Source of the DNA: Candidatus Binatia bacterium
GTDB taxonomy: Bacteria; Desulfobacterota; Binatia; UBA12015
Direction: 5' to 3'
Assembly (NCBI GenBank): GCA_029243485.1
Contig: JAQWRY010000021.1
Span: forward strand, 118,531-182,530
DNA: 64,000 bases
Part shown: piece by piece, positions 57,701 through 64,000 of the stretch
How positions within the stretch are numbered: the stretch's first letter is position 1
Layout of the letters: every line of letters begins with the position of its first letter
The notes under the pieces: model-generated
What the model was told of the DNA's origin: nothing
Database searches by the model: none
Seen by the model: the letters and a program-made list of their open reading frames with translations, nothing else
Position numbers and translations under genes: made by a program

Positions 57701-57756
57701 AAGGTCAGAACCAAAGTGGTGACGCGATTGTTCAGCGCAAATTCGGCGAGCTTCAT
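54706..57756 (-). CDS. RND-family efflux permease (AcrB/HAE-type)
   Basis: 1016 aa with 12-TM/two-large-loop architecture. MKLAEFALNNRVTTLVLTFVVLIAG..., ...LVKNAIVLIDEID.... Confidence 0.9.
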   Translation of the reverse strand: MKLAEFALNNRVTTLVLTFVVLIAGYFSFNSLARYEDPEFTIKDAVVVTRYPGASPEEVEREVTDKVEKAIQQLSQLDWIESTNYRGRSEIKLRIKDAFDKERLPQVWDELRRKVGDVQGQLPPGAGPSVVRDDFGDVYGVFVAIYGAEYSFAELKEVAKFLQRELLLVDDVAKIDFWGVWDEAVYVEPNRERMSQLGIRPTQIAEKLRAKNVVSDAGRVEVLPDYVAIRPTGEFLTVAQFENLLISEEGADEQIYLRDVATVRRGYVEPPRKILRYDGERGIGLGISTVLGGNVVNMGAGLEKRIDELQGQIPLGIEVGIISLQSAAVTTAIDGFMLNLLEAVAIVVGVLLFFMGWRSAGIIGFVLVLTIAATFIFMGPWNVALERISLGALIIALGMLVDNAIVVVDGMLVRMQKGEEGESAALAVIGQQSIPLLGATAVAIMAFAAIGLSQDSTGEYCRTLFQVVFLSLGLSWVTAVTATPILCVMFLPVAEAGGADAGRDPYGGAFYSGYRAVVAGCIRFRWVTVSVVVFLFALSLYGFGFVDQSFFPNSTRPQFMVDMFFPQGIFIEETEERSAKLENYIRDLDGVTHVSTLIGGGAMRFLLTYDPEKDNSAYVQFLVDVDDYAKIDAMLPQIEDFIARNIDGMGYTKKFRLGPGSGGRIQARIMGPDKVVLRGLAAQAEVLMEKGAGVGVRNDWRQRVKVVRPVIAEEEAERAGITRTDVAAILLSGFAGERIGVYRDGDELLPIFVRSPEPDRLDVQTVNYLQIWSPPAQGYIPLRQVISGFKTVFEDDIVWRLHRRPAITIHADPPIGETSETYLARIKGEVDALDFPPGYSIEWWGEYRDGNKAKNGIAASLPMFFVMMVLIVIGLFNALRQPLIIWLMVPLALIGVTLGLLVTGQPFGFMSLLGFMSLSGMLVKNAIVLIDEIDLQRRNGLETYQAILDSGVSRLRPVAMAALTTALGMMPLFLDDFFISMAVTIVFGLMFATVLTMVVIPVLYSIFFRASAPEAT

Positions 57757-57762
57757 GAGTGC

Positions 57763-58860
57763 CTATCGCCCGAAGCGCGTGACGGACTGACCGTCTGAGA
57801 GATAGTGCACACCGGAGACTGCGATCTCTTCGCCGCCGTCGAGGCCTGACAGAATCGCCACGCTCTGATTCGAGAGATCTCCGATCTCGACCGACCGCTT
57901 GGAGACCGTGTTCGTGCTCGGGTCGATGATCCAGACGTACGGCTTGCTGCCGGAATCATCCGCGACCGCGACGGCCGGGATCCGTATGCCGGCGCTGCCG
58001 ATCTCACCGTCGATGATGACCTTCGCGGTCATTCCCGGGAGCACGTTCACTTCCTCCGGCTTCGCGAAGGAGAGCGTCACTTCGAACGTCCGCGATACCG
58101 GGTCCGCGACGAGAGCGATCTCCTTCAGCTTCGCGGGGAACTGCTTGTCGGGGCTCGAGGTAATGATGACGCGTGGCTTCACCCGCTCCGTGGTCTCTGC
58201 GAGAGTCGCATTCGGGTCGCGCCCGGTGATGTCGCGTTCCGGTACTGCGACCTTCACCTCCAACTCGGAAACGTCTTGGACCCGAACCACGGCCTGCTTC
58301 GCGATGACGTTCTCGAAATTCTCGACGAACCGACGCGCCACTTCGCCGTCGAAGGGAGCTCGAAGCGTCGTGTCATCGACAGATTTCTGAGACACCGCCA
58401 GGGCGGCCTCCGCTACTTCGACGCCCCGCTTGTAGGAATCGATCTGGGTCTGGGCGATCGCACCCTTGTCTTGCCGCTGCAGGTTGAGTCCCCGCTCGTA
58501 GTCGGCGGCTGCCTTCCGGAGCTCTGCCTGCGTCGCCTCGAGCCGCGCCTGGTAGTCTCGGGGGTCGAGTTTCGCGAGCATCTGGCCTTCGGTCACCTGC
58601 TGGCCTTCTTCCACGGGGAGCTCGATGATCCGGCCGGGCACCTCGAAGGCGACCTCCGCTCGGCGCGACGCCTCGACGGACCCCGAGTACTCACTCCGCG
58701 TCGCCTCTCCCTCGCCGGGAACGACGAGGGTCTTCACGGGGCGAACGACTTCCTCCACGACGACGGGAGGCTTCTGGCACGCCCCGGCGAGGAGCCCGGA
58801 TGCAACGAGCAGAAGGACCCCTGGAAGGAGTGCGTATCCGGACCGACTGCGTTTTCTCAT
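57763..58860 (-). CDS. RND efflux periplasmic adaptor (membrane fusion protein)
   Basis: ATG 58860 inside ORF 57763..59307. MRKRSRSGYALLPGVLLLVASGLLAGC lipobox. Coiled-coil hairpin ...RLEATQAELRKAAADYERGLNLQ... and a beta-barrel tail. Confidence 0.8.
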   Translation of the reverse strand: MRKRSRSGYALLPGVLLLVASGLLAGACQKPPVVVEEVVRPVKTLVVPGEGEATRSEYSGSVEASRRAEVAFEVPGRIIELPVEEGQQVTEGQMLAKLDPRDYQARLEATQAELRKAAADYERGLNLQRQDKGAIAQTQIDSYKRGVEVAEAALAVSQKSVDDTTLRAPFDGEVARRFVENFENVIAKQAVVRVQDVSELEVKVAVPERDITGRDPNATLAETTERVKPRVIITSSPDKQFPAKLKEIALVADPVSRTFEVTLSFAKPEEVNVLPGMTAKVIIDGEIGSAGIRIPAVAVADDSGSKPYVWIIDPSTNTVSKRSVEIGDLSNQSVAILSGLDGGEEIAVSGVHYLSDGQSVTRFGR

Positions 58861-58979
58861 GAAAAGCTCCTCCGATGGCTCGGAACCTCCGAGCAGCGGC
58901 CCCGTGTTATGGCCTATTCCCCGGATCCTCAAGGGTGGCCGCGACCCTCCCGCCTCATGCTTGAGCATTCGATCCCGTG

Positions 58980-59398
58980 TCAACGAGCGGCGCGGCACTC
59001 GCCTCGACCGATCTCTTCTCGGACAGCGAGACCGTACAGCCCAGGATTGAGAGCCTCCCCACTCCGGACCCGCCGCACTCGGCTGTCCATGGCGCGCTGG
59101 CTCGGGAGCACCCAGCGCCCCGGCAAGAGAGCCTCCGCGATCGGCCAGAACGCGCCGGTCGGCCGACTCACTCCAATGATGAAGAGGTCGCGGCGCCGGC
59201 TTCGGCGATCTCGCACGCCAACTCGCAGCCCGTGTTGCCCGTACCGACGACGACTCGTTTGCCGCGCACCGAGGTCGGACGATCCGGCGCGCGGCAGGAC
59301 TGCACATGCATCACTTCGCCGTCGAAGTTGCCGGGAAAATCCGGAAGGCGGCGCAGGACCGGTTGACCGACGGGGGGTACTCGACCGCGAGACATCAC
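58980..59398 (-). pseudogene. flavin-containing monooxygenase remnant (frameshifted, internally deleted)
   Basis: ORF 59168..59398: LPDFPGNFDGEVMHVQSCR...GKRVVVGTGNTGCELACEIAEAG (second dinucleotide motif). After a frame change: DLFIIGVSRPTGAFWPIAEALLPGRWVLPSQRAM (FMO C-terminal region). Confidence 0.45.
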
Positions 59399-59433
59399 CC
59401 GCGGCCGAGCGCCCTGTCTGACGCGGCGAAGTA

Positions 59434-59808
59434 TTACCCCGCCATGTCGAAGAAGCAGATCTTGTTGCCGTCGGGGTCGCGGACGTACGCGCCGTAGAAC
59501 ACGCCCGGGATCCGCTCACCCGGCTGGCCCTCGTCCGTCGCGCCGAGTTCCAGCGCCTTGGCGTGCATCTTATCCACGCCGTCGCGTCCGCCACCGGGAA
59601 GGGCGATCATGTTGCCGTTTCCGTGGCTCTGCGGCTTCTCTGTGTCGAACGGAACGCAGATGGCGAGCATCGCGCCCTCGCCGGTGCCGTAGAACTTGAT
59701 GCGGTCCATCCCCATCAGCTGCTTCGCGCCGAGCTCGCCGAGCAGGGCATCGTAGAAGGCAACCGCACGATCCATATCGTTCACACCAATGGTGGCGTAT
59801 CCGAGCAT
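59434..59808 (-). CDS. VOC/glyoxalase-family protein
   Basis: MLGYATIGVNDMDRAVAFYDALLGELG...GAYVRDPDGNKICFF; 124 aa; TAA stop. Confidence 0.8.
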   Translation of the reverse strand: MLGYATIGVNDMDRAVAFYDALLGELGAKQLMGMDRIKFYGTGEGAMLAICVPFDTEKPQSHGNGNMIALPGGGRDGVDKMHAKALELGATDEGQPGERIPGVFYGAYVRDPDGNKICFFDMAG

Positions 59809-59868
59809 TGTTCTCTCCTTTTCCGGGTTGAGATTTGTTGGGAGAGATACCTGACCGGCCCCCGGAAG

Positions 59869-60492
59869 CTACAAGAGGAGGAAAACCGCGAGCGCCGTTC
59901 CCAGACCGACCCGAGCAGCACGCGGAACTACGTACGAGCTATCCTTCACGAAGTCCCTGAAGGCCTGAATCCCGGATCGGGAGGCGCGACGAATGATCGG
60001 CACCTCGATGACGCTCGCGAACGCGACGAATCCGAACGCGCCTGCTTGAACCGCAGTCAACCCCGCGCTCGTGCTCGGCAGCGCGAAGAACAATCCGAGA
60101 GCTCCGACCCAGTGGGCGACGTTTCCGCCAACACTCATCGCGACGAACTGCTGGTCCGAGCTGCGTTCGAGATCGAACTGGAAGAGCGGAACCATATTCT
60201 TCGCCGGAGAGATCGGTGCGACCGCGCCCGAGAGACGCGCGGCGGCGAAGTGCCCCCATTCGTGCAGGAGCGACACCCCCGCTGCCCCGGCGAGAAGTCC
60301 ACCGAGAGCACTCAGAACCACGGCGAACCCCAGACCGCTCGCCTCCGCCCACGCTTCGGCGCCGGCCCAGATCGAGAAGATCACGATGAGGAGGGTGAGA
60401 TCTCGCAGGAACACCAGACCCAGAGGGGAGGCGTCCTTGGGCGGTTTCGACTCAGCAGCCGCATCGATCGTCGCAGCGCCTGGATCGCTCAT
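59869..60492 (-). CDS. membrane protein with HExxH motif (putative intramembrane zinc metalloprotease)
   Basis: ATG 60492 overlaps the upstream SDR stop (ATGA). About 5 TM segments. LLHEWGHFAAARLSG resembles the M50/site-2-protease motif. Confidence 0.5.
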   Translation of the reverse strand: MSDPGAATIDAAAESKPPKDASPLGLVFLRDLTLLIVIFSIWAGAEAWAEASGLGFAVVLSALGGLLAGAAGVSLLHEWGHFAAARLSGAVAPISPAKNMVPLFQFDLERSSDQQFVAMSVGGNVAHWVGALGLFFALPSTSAGLTAVQAGAFGFVAFASVIEVPIIRRASRSGIQAFRDFVKDSSYVVPRAARVGLGTALAVFLLL

Positions 60493-61481
60493 CTCGGCCC
60501 GCTCCCGGCCGCGAAGGTCTCGCCGACCAGCCTCTCGCTGACAGCCCACAACTTCTCGGCCGCCGCCGCATCGAGGGCGTAGCTCGCGTAGCCGCGGTAC
60601 GTCGGGTTCCCACCCTCGACACCGAGTTGGCAATCGCCCAGATACGACCCGCTGTGCGCCGCAAGCTCCGGCGCGGTCGCAGCCCAGACCTGCGTCGCCG
60701 CCCCGGCCTCGACCTGCTTGAACGGCATTCCACCGCCCGACGACTCCTCGCCGGCGGCTTTCGCGCGAGACTTGGTCCGCTCCATCATCATATTCAGCGT
60801 CTCTTCGGTGAGATGACGACCCAGCTCAGTCATGATCGCCCCGGGATGCACCGCAAAGGAGAGAACCCCCTCGCCTCGCAATCGCTTTGCCAACTCCACA
60901 GTGAACAGAACGTTCGCGGTCTTGGATCGTCCGTACGACTCCCACGGATCATATTCGGTCGATTCGAAGTTCGGATCGTCGAGGTCGACGTTGCAGATCG
61001 AATGCCCACCGCTCGACAGGTTCACGATGCGCGGCGCGTTGCCGCGAAGAATCGCCGGCAGCAACCGGTTGGTAAGAACGAAATGGCCGAGGTGGTTGGT
61101 GCCGAACTGCATCTCGAAGCCGTCGGCAGTGCGCGACAGTGGGCAACACATGACGCCGGCGTTGTTGATGAGCACGTCGATGGCATCGTGACCCTCGAGG
61201 TACGCGTCCGTGAACGCCCGGATGCTCGCGATATCGGCGAGATCGACTTCGTGGATCTCCAGCTTCGCTGCCGGGACGGACTCGCGAATGCGCGCGGCGG
61301 CGGCCTCCATCTTTTCCCGACTCCGAGCGAGCATCGAAATCGTCGCGCCCTTCGACGCGAGCGCTCGCGTCGCTTCCTCACCGAGGCCGCTGGAAGCGCC
61401 GGTGATCACGAAGCGTCGACCAGCGAGATCCACGCCGTCGAGAACCTGGTTTGTAGTCGTTTCGGGGCCGTATGTGCTCAT
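60489..61481 (-). CDS. SDR-family oxidoreductase (retinol-dehydrogenase-like)
   Basis: RFVITGASSGLGEEATRALASKGATISMLARS, NNAGVM, YGRSKTAN catalytic motif; 330 aa. Confidence 0.85.
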   Translation of the reverse strand: MSTYGPETTTNQVLDGVDLAGRRFVITGASSGLGEEATRALASKGATISMLARSREKMEAAAARIRESVPAAKLEIHEVDLADIASIRAFTDAYLEGHDAIDVLINNAGVMCCPLSRTADGFEMQFGTNHLGHFVLTNRLLPAILRGNAPRIVNLSSGGHSICNVDLDDPNFESTEYDPWESYGRSKTANVLFTVELAKRLRGEGVLSFAVHPGAIMTELGRHLTEETLNMMMERTKSRAKAAGEESSGGGMPFKQVEAGAATQVWAATAPELAAHSGSYLGDCQLGVEGGNPTYRGYASYALDAAAAEKLWAVSERLVGETFAAGSGPR

Positions 61482-61556
61482 CGAGGAACCTCCATTTCAA
61501 TCTCGTCTGTAGCGCGCGGAGAAGTCGGCACAAACCCCGATCTCGACGCGCCTGCC

Positions 61557-61994
61557 CTAGGCGGTGGGCGGGAAGGCGAGGTCGAGGCCGACGCGGGCCA
61601 GGCCGACCAGACGCAGAGCCCTGGCATCTTCGGGCGACCACCACGCGCACTGATCGGTCGTTCCCTGGCCCTCGTTGGTCAGCGTCCCGCCGAGGAGTTC
61701 TGCGAAGTAGATGATGCGAATGCCCTGATGGGAGGCGTCCTCGCGGTCCAGATGGACGGAGTCGACCGCCGCAAGGCTCTTCGGCCGCACGTGAAGTCCC
61801 GTCTCCTCCCGAACTTCGCGCACCATCGCGTCCGCGGGATCTTCGCCGAAATCTATGCCGCCGCCCGGCAGCGTCCAGCGACCCTGGTGCCGAGGGATCT
61901 CCGCCGAAATCCGACACAAGATCATCCGGGGCTCGTCCAGGATCAGACCGTACGCGGCGATCCGAGTGATCTGCGGCTTGTCCCCATGCGCCAT
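61557..61994 (-). CDS. NUDIX hydrolase
   Basis: ATG 61994 inside ORF 61557..62048. Nudix box GGGIDFGEDPADAMVREVREETGL. Confidence 0.8.
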   Translation of the reverse strand: MAHGDKPQITRIAAYGLILDEPRMILCRISAEIPRHQGRWTLPGGGIDFGEDPADAMVREVREETGLHVRPKSLAAVDSVHLDREDASHQGIRIIYFAELLGGTLTNEGQGTTDQCAWWSPEDARALRLVGLARVGLDLAFPPTA

Positions 61995-62074
61995 CCTACG
62001 AGCGTACCACGCAGTCCTGCAGTGGCAGGGCGACGACTCGACGGCCACGAGCCAACGCAGTAGAACTGCCGGTC

Positions 62075-62932
62075 ATGTCCGCTCAGCTCGGAAGCAAGCC
62101 CACCTGCCGGATCCGATCGATCTGGCGATTCCCGATCAAGTCGTTTCAGGGAGAGTCGGTCAATTCCGCGCTCCTTCAACCGCAGGGCATCTTCGCCGAT
62201 CGTCCGCTCGCGCTTCTCGACAAGGGCACCGGCAAGATCCTGAGCGGCAAGAACCATGGACTCGGCGAACAGATCCTGACGTTCGAAGCCCGCTACGAGG
62301 CGGACCCGGTTCCGGGCAAACCCCTACCCGATGTCGTAGCGCAGGTTGCCGGGAAGGAGTGCAGAACGAGCGACGCCCGCGCGTTTGCGTCGGCCTGCTC
62401 CGAAGCTCTCGGGACGGAGGTCGAACTCGTGACGGCAGGCGGCGCACCGGCCGTCTACGACACGTACTGGCCCGAGGTCGAAGGGCTCGTGCTCTCGGAC
62501 CAGACGATCGAGTTCCCTCTCGCTCAGGCCGAAGCCGGATCGTTCGCAGATCTAGAGCCACTCCACCTGCTCACGACCGCCAGCATGAAACACCTCGCCG
62601 GCTTGGCCGCGAACAGCGCGATCGACACCGCACGTTTCCGCCCGAGCATCGTTCTCGACACGGGCGATGAGGACGGTTTCCTCGAGAACGACTGGAGTGG
62701 CTGCATCGCAAGCCTTGGGAGCGCTAGGGTCGAGTTCGGCGCCGTAGCTCCTCGGTGCATCATGACCACGCGTCCACAGGCGGGATTCCCCCGTGACCTC
62801 GAGGTCCTGCGCACCCTCGCCCGGGAGAACCGCCAGGAGTTCATGGGAATGCAGATGCCCTGTCTCGGGGTCTACGCGAAGGTCCTCCAGCCGGGATCGG
62901 TCTCCGTGGGAGATGAGCTGACGTTCAGCTGA
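62075..62932 (+). CDS. MOSC-domain protein (with N-terminal beta-barrel)
   Basis: IWRFPIKSFQGES..., ...RFRPSIVLDTG..., APRCIMTT conserved Cys region; 285 aa. Confidence 0.8.
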   Translation: MSAQLGSKPTCRIRSIWRFPIKSFQGESVNSALLQPQGIFADRPLALLDKGTGKILSGKNHGLGEQILTFEARYEADPVPGKPLPDVVAQVAGKECRTSDARAFASACSEALGTEVELVTAGGAPAVYDTYWPEVEGLVLSDQTIEFPLAQAEAGSFADLEPLHLLTTASMKHLAGLAANSAIDTARFRPSIVLDTGDEDGFLENDWSGCIASLGSARVEFGAVAPRCIMTTRPQAGFPRDLEVLRTLARENRQEFMGMQMPCLGVYAKVLQPGSVSVGDELTFS

Positions 62933-63740
62933 TCGCGTCCCGGTCCGCAAAGACCTTCCGCGCGAGGCGGAAGCCTTCGATCGCGCGCGGAAACCCGCAG
63001 TAGGGCACCATCGTCACCATCACCTCCTCGACCTCCTTGCGGGTGACCCCGTGGTTGAGAGCACCGCCGATGTGGATCTCGAGTTCGCGCGTCATGTTGG
63101 TCGCCGCCAGAGCGGAGATCACGACGACGCTCCGGTCGCGGCGTGACAATTGCGGCCGTGCCCATATCTCGCCGAACGCAAAGTCCACGACGAGGTTTCC
63201 CATGTCACCCAATTGCTCGACCGTCGCCGCAGCCACCGCGCTCATGTCGACGCCCTCGGGCATCCCGAGCAACGTCTGAAGAACGTCGAGACCATCCAAG
63301 CGGCGTTGCGTGTTCTCCTTCGGCTCGGCGGGCGGCGGTGGCGCCGCGCGGTGTTCGGTGCCATCGAATCCGGCGAAGACCTGCGCGACGATCTCCGCAC
63401 CGCCGAAGGCAAAGGGCATTCCGACGTACGCTCCGAGTTGCACCATGATCTCGTCGACTTCGTCGCGCGTGAGGCCATGATTAAGACCACCGGCCACGTG
63501 TTGGCGAAGCTCGACCTCGCGACCGAGCGCCGTCAGTGCTGAAATGACGACGAGACTCCGATCTCGACGGGAGAACTGCGACCGACTCCAGACCTCGCCT
63601 GCCGCAGTGTGTAGAGCGATACTTCCGAGAGCGCCCTGGGTGTCGAAGAAGCCCGCCAATGCGCGGCCGCCATCTTCGGAGCCGCTCAGAGTCGAAAGGA
63701 CGTCCAGCCCGCGTTGTCGCCGCGTGTCGTGATCGGTCAT
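62925..63740 (-). CDS. tandem carboxymuconolactone-decarboxylase (AhpD-like) domain protein
   Basis: Two CMD repeats, each with ...W(S/A)RxQ(F/L)SRRDRS(L/V)VVISAL...E(L/I)xxH(V/I)xG(G/A)LNHG(L/V)TR.EV.E. Overlaps the 3' end of the MOSC gene by 8 nt (convergent). Confidence 0.8.
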   Translation of the reverse strand: MTDHDTRRQRGLDVLSTLSGSEDGGRALAGFFDTQGALGSIALHTAAGEVWSRSQFSRRDRSLVVISALTALGREVELRQHVAGGLNHGLTRDEVDEIMVQLGAYVGMPFAFGGAEIVAQVFAGFDGTEHRAAPPPPAEPKENTQRRLDGLDVLQTLLGMPEGVDMSAVAAATVEQLGDMGNLVVDFAFGEIWARPQLSRRDRSVVVISALAATNMTRELEIHIGGALNHGVTRKEVEEVMVTMVPYCGFPRAIEGFRLARKVFADRDAIS

Positions 63741-63759
63741 CGGATTTCCCTTGGATCAG

Positions 63760-64000
63760 CTAGCGCGCGTTCTCGTTCCAGTCGTCGAGCAGCAATTGCA
63801 TCGTCACGTTCAAAATCACGTTCTGCTCTTCGTCCACGAGGTCGTAGAGAAGTCCGGCGGCACTGTGGCCACCGAAGAAGGCCATCCCGCCTTCGTCGCC
63901 GCCGCGTTCCAGGTGTGGGAGCGTATCGTCCCCGGTCAGAGCGTAGTCGCCGGCGCGGCGAACCTTGTGCGCGCCCCGGGTCCCATCCGGATTGAGGTCC
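63760..64000 (-). CDS. partial CDS (C-terminal 79 codons), unknown function
   Basis: Open minus-strand frame running off the window: ...AGDYALTGDDTLPHLERGGDEGGMAFFGGHSAAGLLYDLVDEEQNVILNVTMQLLLDDWNENAR, stop TAG at 63760..63762. GC3-rich codons. Family not recognised. Confidence 0.35.
   Translation of the reverse strand, partial: DLNPDGTRGAHKVRRAGDYALTGDDTLPHLERGGDEGGMAFFGGHSAAGLLYDLVDEEQNVILNVTMQLLLDDWNENAR

Noticed and set aside
1-64000. Global reassignment of TAG to a sense codon.
   Set aside because: About 18 well-supported genes terminate cleanly at TAG with non-coding or antisense sequence after it. Two of the six interrupting stops are TAA. Several TAG-containing genes also carry deletions or frameshifts. 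Site-specific suppression cannot be excluded and is kept as a low-weight hypothesis in the findings.
1-64000. CRISPR arrays, transposases, integrases, prophage genes, toxin-antitoxin pairs or known defence systems.
   Set aside because: I saw no regularly spaced direct repeats. No ORF shows DDE, tyrosine- or serine-recombinase, capsid, terminase, restriction, Cas or similar motifs. The only helicase is housekeeping HrpB.

Overview
High-GC bacterial chromosomal segment. Its gene content (a Myxococcus-type Cys-rich repeat, MopE-like and thrombospondin-type-3 Ca-binding motifs, a MYXO-CTERM-like tail, many acyl-CoA/lipid and redox enzymes) suggests a Myxococcota- or deltaproteobacteria-like organism; this is inference only. 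I can support about 47 apparently intact CDS. They include slyX, two acyl-CoA synthetases with an acyl-CoA carboxyltransferase, a TonB-dependent receptor and hrpB. There is also an envelope-modification cluster (three GT-C-like membrane proteins, LtaS-type 'sulfatases', a methyltransferase/desaturase pair, an acetyltransferase and a PHP hydrolase). Further calls are a GMC oxidoreductase pair, cysK, a radical SAM enzyme, a cytochrome-c/beta-propeller dehydrogenase, truA and an RND efflux operon. I recognise no rRNA, tRNA, CRISPR array, transposase, integrase or phage genes. The most unusual signal is not one operon. Nearly every spacer longer than about 200 bp translates into a recognisable but broken piece of a known protein family (internal deletions, frameshifts, in-frame stops). 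Several otherwise conserved genes, including the housekeeping rsuA, carry a single in-frame TAG exactly inside a conserved motif. I read this as ongoing gene decay. Amber read-through is a weaker alternative that needs testing. The best candidate for a coherent but uncharacterised system is the envelope/lipid remodelling cluster at 11.7-15.9 kb and 20.4-30.4 kb. All functional calls rest on motif recognition by eye; no searches were run.
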